From Camelus dromedarius (taxonomy: Eukaryota), in assembly GCF_036321535.1 (NCBI RefSeq), contig NC_087436.1, positions 101,186,001 to 101,250,000 on the forward strand: DNA of 64,000 nt, given 5' to 3'. Shown piece after piece: positions 13,024 to 25,862 of the stretch. Position numbers and translations under genes: made by a program. Position 1 is the first letter of the stretch. Every line of letters begins with the position of its first letter. Under the pieces are notes generated by a model. That model had not been told where the DNA came from. It did not search any database and was given only the letters and a program-made list of their open reading frames with translations.

Positions 13024-14944
13024 CTCTTGGATACATATATCTTCCTTACAGTTGAGTACTGTTCACTTCTGATACCAGAATACACATGTAGTACCAATGC
13101 CTCTTCATTTAGATTCTAATTGGCTGCTTTAACCAAGTTAGGAGTGGAAAAATAAATAAGCATATTTGGTACAGTCATGGATAAATACGAAACAGCAGGT
13201 GCTGGTAAGGACTTGGAAGTGAATTATGTGAGGTTTTCTGAATACATTTGGTAGCACTTTTTTTTTCTTCAGTTACTCAATGCTCTTTTTCGTTTGTTTT
13301 GAAGTTTCATTTTTATTCCAAATAGTAAAAGGTTATGCTGTGAATTACGCTCAAAATGTGTAAATTTATCAAAGTGCAAGTCAGTATTTACAGGAAAGCA
13401 AGAAGAAACTTAGACAAAAACGACTAGGGTGTGAGCCGCATGATCTTCCTCCTTCTCTTTCCAAGTGGCAGCTTTGGATATTGAGACGCTATTTCATCAT
13501 TAATGAAAAGGGATTTAAGAAATACTGGGATCAAAAACAAAACGGATCCTGAAATCCCAGGCTGACAGAGCACCCTGGGATTTCATTTCCTACTTCCGAC
13601 TAGACGGCTATACCCATGAGGCAACAGCTGTACTTCATGTAACACTGCGATTTACTGACTGCTAATGAGTGTAGCCTCAACATCAGGAGAAGTTTCTAAG
13701 CTTCCATGTTTGTCTTATATACGGACAGACGATTTTATAGGAACAATGGAAGAGAGCCCTTGATATTTAAATCATTTACACTGGATTGTCTACATAGGAG
13801 AGATGGCGTAGTGAATTATCTAGGCAAAACTTTTAACTCTAGCTTGACTTTCTGTCAGAATGCTTCTAAAATATTTTATTCATTGACATATTACTATACA
13901 CTCAGGATTGGAAAATAAAGATTTAAAAATAATACACTCATTTTAAGCCAAATATAATATATTTAAATTACTATTTGCCATTTATCCATGCCCTTCTCAT
14001 TAGGGTGACTAATCAAGTTTGGAACACTAGGATTGTATGTAGACTCACTCTAATGATAGATACAAATCCAATAAGTTGGTTTGGTTTATAAAAATCAAGA
14101 TAAATAAAATGTTTGTTTGAGTCCGTGTTTATTTTCATTCCACATCGTACAACTGGCTTTACATTTTCAAAGCGCTTGCTGCCTTAATCTGAAGATCTAA
14201 TGCAATCCAGTCCAAGACAGTAATAATAGAAGACTAATGCTTTCCATTTAAAATAATATTTTCTTTGGTCTTTGAAAGTCCTCGAGGGGTAAACTATTTT
14301 AATTTAATAGCTGCAATTGATCTTCAGATATTCAGCAGTATTAAAAGCAAAGGGAGTCCTTTTTCTTTAATCAACTGAGATAGAACTACAATAAAAGAAG
14401 ACGTTCATATCACGCATTCAGGAAGCAAGGGAAAAGAAGAGTAAATAACTTTTGACAAATAAGCTTCTATGAACAAATTATCCAGTGAGAATCTTGCCCT
14501 AGAAAAACTTCAGCTCTTACAGTTTTATTACACATTGGCCCAGTTTATGTCTTTATTTTTTCATTCATATTTAAGATAATTAATAAGCGTTAGTAAAAGG
14601 CCTTTTTATACTATTGGTTATGTTTCCTATTGCCTCAGAGGGAAAAAACGAACACTAATCTTAAGAAATATAAAACTGTTAAGAACAAAGCCACACCTAA
14701 TGATTGGGTATTTACATAATTCACAACTTTTATGTCGCGTCCTCCCAAGCATCCCATGCCAAGGACCCTTACTGCAGTTCTGGGATGTTAAGTGGCATGA
14801 GAGACTAACATACAAATGTAATCCAGTTGCCTCTGAATTCCATTTTGTGATATATTTATATCACACAATCCCTTGAACATGTACGTCTAGGACTTTTCAC
14901 CTTAGATAGAAGTCTGTGTTGCATGTAATTGCGTAAGAAATAAG

Positions 14945-15190
14945 CGCGGTGTAGAAGCGGGTCCTCCAGGGCAGTTAGCCCGCGTGCTCTGAGGACGTGT
15001 CGACCTGTTTCGTCTCCCACTCGCTGTACGATTTTGGACATATCACTCTCTAGAGCCTGTGTTTTTTCCTACCGAGTAGATAAAACAGCACACCTACCTC
15101 ATATTCCTGTTCCTTGGATTTTACAACATGATGCATTTTAAGAACTTAGCTTAGTGCCAAGCACACGATAAGCACAAAAGAAAGCATGTG
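14945..15190 (+). mobile_element. MIR SINE (CpG-rich copy)
   Basis: tcactctctagagcctgtgttttttc...cacctacctcata...aagaacttagcttagtgccaagcacacgataagcac. Confidence 0.6.
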
Positions 15191-15242
15191 TTTATTTAGC
15201 ATCGCGAGCTTATTCACTAGATTTGAAAGTAATTCTCTAAAG

Positions 15243-15571
15243 CTGTGTTGTCCGATGTGGTAGTCACTAGCTCCATATGGTTACTCAGTACTTGCAACAA
15301 GGCTAGTCCAAACTGAGAGGATGCACCGTCACTGCAAAATACACACCAGATTTTGAAGATTTAATTTTTTAACGAAAGGAATGAAAAATATCTCATTAAC
15401 AATTTTATAGTGATTAAATATTGAATCATAGTATTTTGGATATATGGGGTTAAATAAAATACATAATTAAAATTAATTTCATCTGCTTTTTTTCTTACTA
15501 TATTTTTGTGCCTACTAGAAAATGTAAAATTACATGTGTTGTTTGTATTATATTTATATTGGATAGTGCTG
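15243..15571. mobile_element. MER33/MER3-type hAT-Charlie DNA transposon, near full length
   Basis: Degenerate terminal inverted repeats ctgtgttgtccgat ... attggatagtgctg; internal aaatacacaccagattttgaaga and ggttaaataaaata...aaaattaatttca. Confidence 0.8.
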
Positions 15572-15725
15572 TTGCAAAGTATTTTCCGTAAGAATGACCC
15601 AGGGTGCTTTTTGAAAATGTAGGTATCTGGCCCATCCCTGAGGTGAACAGAAGCAGAACTGCACTTCCTAAAAGCTCCTCCAGTGAATCCTCTGCAGGCA
15701 AAAATTTGAAAACTATTTCCCTAGA
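15572..15725. mobile_element. MER5-type hAT-Charlie fragment
   Basis: agaatgacccagggtgctttttgaaaatgtag ... aagctcctccagtgaatcctctgca ... tttgaaaactatttccctag. Confidence 0.6.
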
Positions 15726-17849
15726 TCTTCACATATTAGATGCTGCCAAGAATCCAGCCTCATCTGGACTACTGATCTGACTGTCCTGAAAGATTTGATT
15801 ATTTCTACTTAGTGTCAAATGAGAGTGTAGTTTGATGCAATTAAAAGGTGCCTATTAAATAGACAGCAGTTCCTTTAGGCAAGCACCCAGCCAAATGGTC
15901 AACCTCAGGGTTAAGGGGGAACTTGCAGACACCTTGTTACACAAGTAGAGTTGAACAACCAAAAGGATGACGAGGAAGAAGCACCTTGTATGACCCAACA
16001 TGATCCACTCCTAGATATACCTCCTTAAGACACACAGCTGAGCTGCAGAAGGAGGAGACAAGAGTCAAAATGAAAGGTTGGATGCCTTACTAGTTTGTGG
16101 TTCTCACACGTGCTTGGTGGAGGGCTCATCAGTGTCAACTGTCCTTCGAGGAACATCGTGGTTCAGGGAAGGATTTAATACATTTAATCTAATTAAGAAT
16201 AAAGAAAAGTTTACATACAGAAAAAATCAGTATATTAAACTTGCCACTCTAAAATCATATAACAAGCATATCTGTTACTGGAAGAAGGGGCTCAATATTC
16301 CCATTGATAGTATGACAAAAGGTTGCTGGTTTGTTGTTTATTCAACCTCATGTTTTATTCTGCCACATGCCAGATCCAGCCAAGAAGTGATAAGAGGCAA
16401 CAGAAGCAGAAGCAAAATGTACAGAAGATAAATCTAAACTGAGAAAAAAATGCATGCATTATTTTTTCTGTGAATTAATAAAAAAGAAAAAGACCATTAG
16501 TAATTTACTTTAGACATAGAACACCTTCAATTTCCAAATACTGTTATAGAACCACAAGCCATCTGCAAGGAGAGACAATCACTGATCAGGAGGAGAAACA
16601 GCAGATTCTCTGTGAAACAGTCTGACCATAGCCCACATCCCTTACATCCCTGCAAAGCGAGAGAGGACTTGGGACAAAGAAAGAAGAATCCTGGGGGGAA
16701 AAAGTCACAACTCCAAGGAGGCTGCGAGCAGGAAGGAGGCAGCAGGAGAGGTGGCAGAAAGCTAATGCTGATGAGTGTTTTGGGCAGCCGAAGTCCCTCT
16801 TCTCCCATTTCTCTCTTCTTCTCTTTTAATGTCTTCAGTAAGAGTTACGAAACACATTGTGGGAGAAATTTTGGCAAGAGAAGACCCACAAATATGTAGA
16901 AACACTGCAGGATATTGACCTTAAGAAGGAAACAATGGAAACTGAAGCTTAACTATCATGGTTCTTGAGGTCTTTTTTTTTTCTTTTCAGTAATAAGAAA
17001 CATGTATGCATGTGTGTATATATACTGTGTCCATCTAGCTCCAACGTAAAGAGGTGATGCCAAGATTGTAAAGGAAGTTTAATGAAAAGATAGGCCTAAG
17101 TTTCGTTATGGGGGAACTGGAGAGTGGAAATCAAACCAACAGAAACATAAAGAGAAATACAACCTTAGGTTTTTGAAGCACATGGGTTTATGACCAAAAA
17201 ATAATATGTAGGATAGATTTGTTCTTAGAATGCAGATCTGTGTATGACAAATACAATGATGTGCTTTCTGATATAACCTAGCATTTACTCATTATTTTAA
17301 AAATATTTCAGTTAAATTAGGTCATAGTATTATAGAAAATGCTTTGAAATCTATGATGTATATAAATTATGTATATATATTAGTTATATATATTAATTAT
17401 ATATATTATAATATAATATATAAATATAAAACACATTATATCTTTTGTATATTTAATGTATTTATTTGTATTTTAATAAAATTGTAGCTAAGATAAAGAA
17501 GCATTTTTACAATCTTTTTTCATATAAAGACAAACCTCTGGCATCCAATAATTTAACATTCAAGTTCCATTTTTTGACTGCCTAGAAAAATAGGAACTTT
17601 ATCTTTCTCTATAGAACACAGATTAGCATAAACTTGGCTGCTTGACGGGGTTTCTTTTGTCTTTCAAAGAACTTTTACTTTTAGAATTTCCTAAAAGCAG
17701 ATCCACTCAGTTCTAGAAATTCTATATTGTCTGTTTTACCATAAAAGAAGTATGGCTTCAAAACAACTGTAAAATTGCAACCAGGAATCAGGACAGAAAA
17801 TACACAGAATGATTGCTGTACTGAACGGTCCATAAGGAAGAACGCTCTC

Positions 17850-18080
17850 ATCCTCGGCATCTCTTGTATCAGCATTTTTTTCACAGCACTTGCCACCATC
17901 CTATCTTAGGCTTTACTTATTTATATCATTAATTATCTGCATCCCTCCCGTAGATGTGACAGCAATGATAGCAGTGAGTTTTATCAGTGCTGTTCTTTGC
18001 CATATTCCAGTGCCGTGACCACTGCCTGGCACAGAGCATGTTAAATACGTATTAAACAAAAGTTTGCTGTTTACATTTGT
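17850..18080 (+). mobile_element. L2 3'-end fragment
   Basis: cacagcacttgccacc ... ccactgcctggcacagagcatgttaaatacgtattaaacaaaag. Confidence 0.6.
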
Positions 18081-18119
18081 TAATTTGACCACTGAAACTG
18101 TTCTACAAGCTTTTCTTGA

Positions 18120-18662
18120 GAATCCACTATGTATAGGACACCAGATATTCAATAATAAATTAGGTATAATCCTTTTTCCTAAGAAGGTCACATTATTGCA
18201 GGAATAGGCGTACAAAAAGTGAATTACAATGCAAAGTGATTAGCATATGTGAACAAAGACGAAAAGCAAGAAAACAGCTCACTCTGAGAGGTAGGGAAAG
18301 CTCTGCATAGGAAATGACATTTGAGCTGAGTCATTAAGTCATGAAATATACGTGTGTTTCTGAGGAATGAAACACAGGATCAGGATAGAAGGACATTTCA
18401 GACAGAGAAAAGGGAATGCACAAAGGCATGGAGCAGATAAAGGGAACGTTCACAGAGCAAACGGCAGACAGTTTAGTGTGGCTGTAGCAGAGTGAACTTG
18501 GGAAATAAATCAAGAAACAGAGATGGATTCGTTCATTTGCTAAGAATCTTTTTGCGCTACTCATTGGTCCTCACTTTATCCTGTGGGATGCGACTGAAGG
18601 TTTTATTTGTTGAGAAAATAACTTAGAAGGACAAAGATGTTTTGAGGGTTCAGGACTAGAGG

Positions 18663-18695
<33 letters not shown>

Positions 18696-18720
18696 CTGTT
18701 AGCAGCAGTGAGGAAGGAGT
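18120..18720 (-). mobile_element. L2 fragment, interrupted by a T29 homopolymer (18667-18695)
   Basis: ggaaatgacatttgagctgag, ggacatttcagacagagaaaagggaatgcacaaaggcatggag, tttagtgtggctgtagcagagtga. Confidence 0.65.
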
Positions 18721-19094
18721 ACAGGGAAGTGAAAGGAGCTTTCAGGGCCCAACAAGAACTTGTTTACAACAACCTTTCACATACAAATTTCTCTAGATGT
18801 AAACAATTACAGAGAGAACCAAATCTATGCATCACCTCCGGCCACAATCAATATATGAAAAAAGCAGTAGCTTTCTCTAAACTTTCAGAAAATAAATTTG
18901 TACGTGCAGCTTTCAGAAGCCTACTTATTCAAAAATAGAAATGCACCCGGGATTTTAAACACTTAGGTTGTTTACATTTCTAAGGTCAAGCACATTTGAG
19001 CCTTTGCCCCCTCATTAATATTACAGAAAAGCACAAATCTTGTGAGATGCTGGGTGAGGCTAGTGACTAATCTTCGAGAGAAGAATCTGCGAAG

Positions 19095-19300
19095 TCACAG
19101 AGCCGTGGGTTCCGGTCCAGCTCTACCTCTGATTAACTAGACAATCTCAGGCAGGTTATCAAAGCTTGAGCTTCAGCTTCTTTAACTGAGAAAGCCAACA
19201 GAAAAACAATATCCATCGGCACCCTGAGAATGAAATGCCCTAATCAGCCTAAACACACCTAGCACAGTGTCTAGTATACAAAAGAACCTCTGTCAGTGTG
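19095..19300 (+). mobile_element. MIR SINE
   Basis: gggttccggtccagctctacctctgattaactagacaatctcaggcaggttat...gagcttcagcttc...cacctagcacagtgtcta. Confidence 0.7.
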
Positions 19301-21876
19301 GATTTCCTTGAATATCATTATCAATAAAATCATTGAAGCCATCTGAACACCACCAAACAATTATAGACACTCACCAGAAACCTTGACCACCTGTCCATTT
19401 GTTAAACTATGCAATTAGATATGTCAAAAAATACGTATAGGTTTCTCAAGAGTTGACTTAAAATATTTAAATACCAAATCAAATCAAAGATAAAATACTG
19501 AAATCTTTTAAAAGGGTATCTGTATGTCATATGAAAAATGATGAATCTCTTTAAATGTATTAACATATTTCCCTGAAGAGTATTATCTTATGACCTTCAT
19601 TTTTTTTTTTTTTTTTTACAGCAATGAAAGTACCTTGAGCCTGACAAGATTTATTGTTTCCAACTAGTATCTCCCACATTGGATGTGAATTTCATCCCTT
19701 AACACCTTACAATTTAGGACCTTTAATTCATAACTTTTGCAACCATAAAATACCTTAGACCCTAAACAATCTAAAATAAATCAATATATCATGTTTTCTA
19801 TAGAAGAAAGGGAAAATAATAAAGTGACACATTTTTTTGCTCACATTACCAGGGATGCTTGAATTTGACAGCCTCCTTCCTTTTCATCTGATAAATGACT
19901 TGGGAATGCTTTGCTGCCTGCCTGATATGGAGCTACACTTATTTCAGGACATGTTCTAATGAGTCATGGTAGAGGATAACAGTAACCCCTTCTACTACTG
20001 CCTCCTCCTTCCAGAAAAACCATGGGAGTATTTGCAGGATACCTTGATGGCTCTGAGTAGACGCAACAGGGCTAACTGCTGGAGGAGGCTTAATTTTAAG
20101 CTAACTCTGATTGTCCAACTTGACTCCAATTTGACAAGGGTGCGTACAGAGATTCAATGTATCTTATGAAAATGTATTTCAGAAACCCACTATGCTGTTA
20201 TTTTTGGTAGTTTCTATGATCAGTAACACTTTGCAGACAAAATCAAGGTTTTATCAATACACTTCACAGTAATCAAATATAATTCAAACCTCATTTTAAA
20301 TTACAGACAAAATGATTTATTTTCCAACACAGTTCCTTATTTATGTGCACAGTGAAATCAGAAATTACTGGTAACTACTCCTTTGGGAGGAATACTTGGA
20401 AGAGGCTACTTTGCAATTTTTAAAAATCCATCACATATGTAAAAACCTTTATATCTTCATTCTAAATTAAGATGCAACATGAGAACAAGAGCAGAGTCCA
20501 AGAGTGTAGGTGTTTAATAAGTATTTGTTGAATGATAGAAGAGTCAGTTTGTCCTCTAACAGAGCCTAAAAATAGGCATTGCCATGGAAGCCCGGCTCAA
20601 ACTTAGTATGAGCCCTGTGCCAAAAATCCATAGATTGTATGGCACGTGTCACGCCATCTTGCATGGTGTGCTCTTAACAATCTGCCTATGCTAAGTGCCT
20701 ACTTGAAGCAACGTCTCAAGTTTGCCTACAATGCACCTTCATGTATCAACTTAGCAAAATTTGCAATTTATGTGAAAACATACTTCTTAGAAAACTCCTG
20801 CTAACTTAACCACATTACCATTCAGAAAAATACAGTTCACAGCAACTGCATATAAACTGGGGGATTTTCATTCTGTTTCCTTACCGATAAAAGAATTGTA
20901 AACGTTCTCTCTCTCTTTACAGTTAAAGATACGTGAAGGGAAATGAGATATGTACCAGAAATAAAAATAATCTGTATGGAAGAGTTAAGAGAAATGCTTT
21001 GACCTTGTCTTTTATACTGCCCATTACTGTTTATAATGACTTAAAGAGTCGCCAGACATGATGCTGACACATATGGTTGGTGTTTTATCTTCCATACCAG
21101 CCAGCTGAGAACTCTTCCACTTTCATTAATGTAATTTAATCAAAGATTCCTGGAATCTAAATGCTTCTTATTCCTTTCAGAACTTCCCAAAATCCATGAC
21201 ACCAAGTTCAAATGCTCCCATTTTGAAGCCTAATATTTTTAATTGGGTTACAGTAACACATTTACTTACTTGGAAATTGAATTGCCATTTATTTAAATAC
21301 CAATAGTGTATGTGGGGCAAAAAACTTTTATTCATAAAATCTGTCCCATTTATTTCCAGGGATTTTCACCCCAAAACAAGAAACCTAAAGGGATGAGGAA
21401 GACAAGAGACTGGTTGTCTAAGAATCAGGGTCAAAGTTCCATCACCAGCTTCTGCAGCCACCAGTAATTACCAAGATTCTGACCTTCACTGAAAGACACC
21501 AACTCAGGAAGGTTTGCAGAAAGTGTCAGTAGCAAAAGAAGTGTCCACATCTTCTAATATTTACTTGTATTTTTAACACTTCTCATATTCAGATCAAAAG
21601 ATAGCTTCATTATTTTGAGAAGTGGAAATAATAAGGCTAACTACTCAATTATAATGACATTTCCCTTCAAGCTTCAGGTTCAAAACTAAAGAGAAGAGAC
21701 ACCAGGTAGTTGCTGCTAGTTCGTCACTGCTGGCTTCAATCCCTTGGATTGGAAATGTATTGAGGGGCACACAATGATTAATAAATCTTATAGAGACCAA
21801 GAAAAATGTATGTGTATTTATATTTAAATAGCATCAAATTTAGGTGCAACCACATAGTATAAAACTTGAGTCTCAA

Positions 21877-21941
21877 AACATTATGCTGTATACCAGAAAT
21901 TGACATGTTGTAATTGACTATATTTCAATTAAAATAATTTT
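21877..21941 (+). mobile_element. Extremely 5'-truncated L1 3' end (about 65 bp) with TSD
   Basis: acattatgctgtataccagaaattgacatgttgtaattgactatatttcaattaaaa resembles an artiodactyl/camelid L1 terminus. TSD ttgagtctcaa at 21866-21876 and 21942-21952. Confidence 0.8.
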
Positions 21942-22399
21942 TTGAGTCTCAATTATTTAGCTTACAAACTTTTAAAAAATCTGTCCCCCAACTATGATTA
22001 TTTCTAGAAGATAATGATATAAAAAATATTTCTCAGCGTGCATGTGAGGATTTAAGGAACATTTACAGTTGAGAAACAGAAGAGGGACTCTTACTCTCAA
22101 AACATGTCTGAGATCTTTGATCCTCTGACACTTTAATCAGAATAGCCCAGCAAAGGACATTTATTAAGTGCTATCACTTTTGAACATCAAAATGCTCCAG
22201 TAAAATCTTCACTAAATTAAGCTTACTCAGAAATAACTGAATTGGTACAGCATCAAGTTTAAGATATTATTTCTAAAGATTTCAATTTAGAGACAAAATT
22301 CTGAGTGGCTCATACCACACAAGGGTACAGAAGTTGGAAATTTAAAAAAAAAAGTCAAGTTTGCAAGAACATTGCCCATATATCCAATGATTCTCAACT

Positions 22400-22812
22400 A
22401 CTTTGTAGTTATAGTTCCAATATCTTTGCGTGGAACACAAAGTCCTTGGAAACAGAATACCTTATCGCTGTTTCCACTCCACCACAAAGGACATCTCCAA
22501 GTCTTGACTAAACTAATCCTATTTTTCTGTCCAGAAAACACCTACCTGACCTTCGAGATTCTGTCAAGGTCACTTTCTACAAGGCCTTTCTACATCCCAG
22601 CTAGTACCTCCTCTGTCTCCCATACTACTTCATATGTAAATGCTCCAAGAGTTGCAGTGATTTGCTTTTATAACTGTCTTTCCTCCTACATCCAAAGCTG
22701 CTTCCAGAGTGACACCATTTGGTATCCATTTTTTTGTATCTTCTGTACTTGGACCAGTACCAGGCACTCAGCACACTCTCAGTAACCTGGTAAATTAATG
22801 AATGGACATAAA
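22400..22812 (+). mobile_element. L2 3' region
   Basis: cacctacctgaccttcgagattctgtcaaggtcactttctacaaggcctttc ... accaggcactcagcacactctcagtaacctggtaaattaatgaatg. Confidence 0.6.
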
Positions 22813-22958
22813 CAGACAAAGGCATATAGTAGAAAAAGATACATGCAGATCCTTACTATGTTTTACTACCATGAACAAACACAAACTATCTCTAGGGAAG
22901 AATTAATTTACAGATGTATTTCTGAATTTTCCTTCTCTTCAAATTTGAACCCATGATT

Positions 22959-23033
22959 GACTTTTCTCTCTGCATATAGATGAACCTATCCACAGACTTT
23001 TCTCTCTGCATATAGATGAACCTATCCACAGAC
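22959..23033. repeat. Perfect 36-bp tandem duplication
   Basis: gacttttctctctgcatatagatgaacctatccaca x2, then gac. Confidence 0.95.
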
Positions 23034-23149
23034 ATTGTTTCCTTATGGACTCACAGAGCTGAATATTAATTAGACACAGTGATTCATGGTTGGGGATAAA
23101 TATTTTCAATTTCTCACCCCCAACCTATGCACCTGTTCTGTCCACCCTC

Positions 23150-23430
23150 GTCTTATCCTTATGATCATGTCTAACACTCAGGAGGCTGACCAACATAGAT
23201 TACATTCACAGGATCCCTTTCCCTCTGGCTTAGAGCCAGGTTTGACCAGTGGAAATTCCAGACCCAGACTAAAAAGAGAGAGAAGAAAGAGGTCAGAGTA
23301 CTTATTCCTTGACTCCCAGCTTCTGGGGCCACTTTGGGCAGCCCTCTCCAAAGGTTTCTCCTTTGTTATTCCACTAACTTCTCTCTCCTCTTGTCACCTT
23401 CAGCCTAGAGGTGGGAGAGTAGCTATTACT
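23150..23430. mobile_element. ERVL LTR fragment (LTR33/LTR16-like)
   Basis: ccctctggcttagagccaggtttgaccagtgga...gagaagaaagaggtcagagtacttattcc. Confidence 0.5.
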
Positions 23431-23439
23431 CACTATAGG

Positions 23440-23565
23440 GCAGGGGATCTACTTTGGCATTATTGACATTTTGTGCATCACATTTCTATGTTGTGAGTAG
23501 ATTCCTTGTGCCTTGTATAATGTTTAGCAGCTTCCCTGGCACCTACCCAATAGATATAAATAACT
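23440..23565. mobile_element. MER20 hAT-Charlie fragment
   Basis: tttggcattattgacattttg ... tgtataatgtttagcagcttccctggcacctacccaatagat. Confidence 0.7.
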
Positions 23566-23569
23566 TCTG

Positions 23570-23705
23570 TACAGCAATTTACAGTTTATAGATTACTTTC
23601 ACCTACTTACTTGTACTTGAGCACCACAATTCTATAAATAGATATTATTTGAATACTTATTTTTACAGATAAGAAAATGACACCCATAGACACAGCAACT
23701 AAGAA
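23570..23705 (-). mobile_element. MIR fragment
   Basis: caccacaattctataaatagatatt...atttttacagataagaaaatga. Confidence 0.5.
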
Positions 23706-24744
23706 ACACGCACCCAAAAATCCTCCAGAGTAATAATGGTATGTACAGAATTTTTTATATGCAAGTCATAATCTCATTTCATACTGGCCTTGTAAACATT
23801 TACTGAACTAAACTTCCTTTTATTACTACTTGCCTAAATTCCAGTGTTTCATCATCAGGGCCATTGTGTTTCCTCTAAAATGCAAAAGTCATGACGGAAT
23901 TCTTGGGGCACTACAGAAAGCGTGAGTGATATAGTTAGTCACCTATTATCTCTTTTTCTACCCATTAGAAGAATAATGTTGCAGGCCTGCTGTATTGACA
24001 ATTGGAACCCTCTTGAAAGATAATGTATTCTGAGCCCCTTCTACAAAAATTCCTACCAGAATTACAATGGAAATACAGAATAACTCCAGGCATGCTTATA
24101 TATTTGATCATTTGATGTTAAAGTAAGAAAGATGTTTAATGCATTTCAGAATTGTAGAGACTTTTTCTACCTTTCCTATCCTTTTGTAGAGAATCTGGCC
24201 TTACTGAAATCTGCTCATTCAGACAAAGAGAAACAAACTGCTATCAGACTTTCAGGAACAAAGTGCTGTCAGCATATACGTGCCAGAAGAAGTTCAGATA
24301 TCAAAGGAGCACCAGGTAACGTTTCCTTTTATCTCAGGGAACACTGATTGATGAGAATTGGTGAGACCAAATCTTTTCTCCAGAGTCAACATTTATTTAT
24401 TTATTTATGTTTCTTTCATAGGGGGACATTATCTTGGATTCACAGTCTCCAGTGAAACTTCACACAGGACTAAACTGAATGCTTTTGAGTAAGCTATGAC
24501 TGAATGGTCTTTTCTAAATCAAAACATATCCTTTCCTCTGTTGATACCTAGTAGTCCAATCACAATTAGTATGGACTCCTGAAATAAAACAAATCATAAG
24601 CCCTGGCAGTTAGAAAGAGAGGAATTATGACTATTGCCAGATAGAATTACATTTTACTGCCCTCAAGACAGCCCCGCCATCATGCTGCCCTTCTAGCGGC
24701 ATCACTGTCGGGCCAAGTCCTGGAGAGTAAGGATACTATCCTTG

Positions 24745-24890
24745 GTTGAGTTCCTGTATGTCCCAGGATTGTGGCTCCATTATCTCATTTAACGCTCATA
24801 ACACCCCTTCAATGGCAGACACCACTATTCCCAGGTTACAGATTAGGATATTAAAACCCAAAGAGGAATCAGATATATTCTGCCTGAAAG
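24745..24890 (-). mobile_element. MIR fragment
   Basis: ttatctcatttaacgctcataacacccc...accactattcccaggttacagattagg. Confidence 0.6.
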
Positions 24891-25343
24891 CTATTCTCAC
24901 CTCTTTGCTGCCTTTGGTTGAGCAAGTCAGTCAGACCCCATCTGACAACAACTATAGTATTTGCACATAATAGGTACTTAAATTAAATAAAAACTAGTTT
25001 AAAAAGTTACTGCAGTTATAAACTCTTATTAAAGTTGAGAGTGAAATCATGAAATCATATTACTGGTCACATCTTAAAACATTTGATGGCTTTATATATA
25101 AAAGTTTATCTTACAGAAAAAAAAAATCACTTTAGCCTTTTCTATCCTTAAGCTTTTTCAAATACAAATTCTTTTGAGGGAAAAGTAAGATCCAGTAGAG
25201 ATAATAATAAAATATCTATCTGGTGATAAGATAAATTGTTGAGATTTCACAGGGGGAAAAAAAGTCAAACTGGAGACTGCCCAAATAGTATTTTGTGGTT
25301 TATAAAATGTGGTTATCAAATATTTAGATTTGCCTGTCAGATC

Positions 25344-25862
25344 TGTAGTGAGCAGAATAATGCCCCTACAAAGATGTCCACATCGTAATTCTGGGCATTT
25401 ATGAATATGTTACCTTGCATGGCAAAGGGAATTAACAGTCCAGATGGAATCAATTTCTAATAAATTGATCATAAAATAAGGAGATTTTTCCTGGATTATC
25501 CAAATGAGTCCAATGTAATTACAACACCTTTCAGTGTGTAAGAGAGAGGAGCAGGGAGCCAGAAGGTTATATGAAAAAGACTCTACCTACCATTGCTGGC
25601 TTTGAAGATGCAAGAGTCGAGAGCCAAATAATGCAGGCAGTCTCTGGAAACTGGAAAAGGCAAGAAAATAGATTCTTCCCCAACTCTCCAAAACAAAACA
25701 AAACAAAACAAAAAAAACCCACATCCCTGCCAATACGTTGATTCTAGCCAGAGGAGAACCATTTCTGACTTCTGACCATCAGAGGTATGAGAAATAAATG
25801 ATTGTTGTTTAAGTCACTATGTTCATGATAATTTGGTACAAGAGCAATAGGAAACTAATTCA
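25344..25862 (+). mobile_element. MLT1D-like MaLR solo LTR, full length
   Basis: TG...CA ends: tgtagtgagcagaataatgcccc-aaagatgtccacatc ... gctggctttgaagatg ... ggaaaaggcaagaaaatagattct ... gcaataggaaactaattca. Degenerate 5-bp TSD agatc/agact. Confidence 0.85.

Noticed and set aside
18667..18695. T29 run as a possible retrocopy tail
   Set aside because: No adjacent poly(A) signal, mRNA-like body or TSD was recognised, so it is treated as a homopolymer expansion.
12927..23033. 36-bp and 46-bp direct repeats as possible CRISPR-like arrays
   Set aside because: Only two adjacent copies each, with no spacers, in a mammalian intron.
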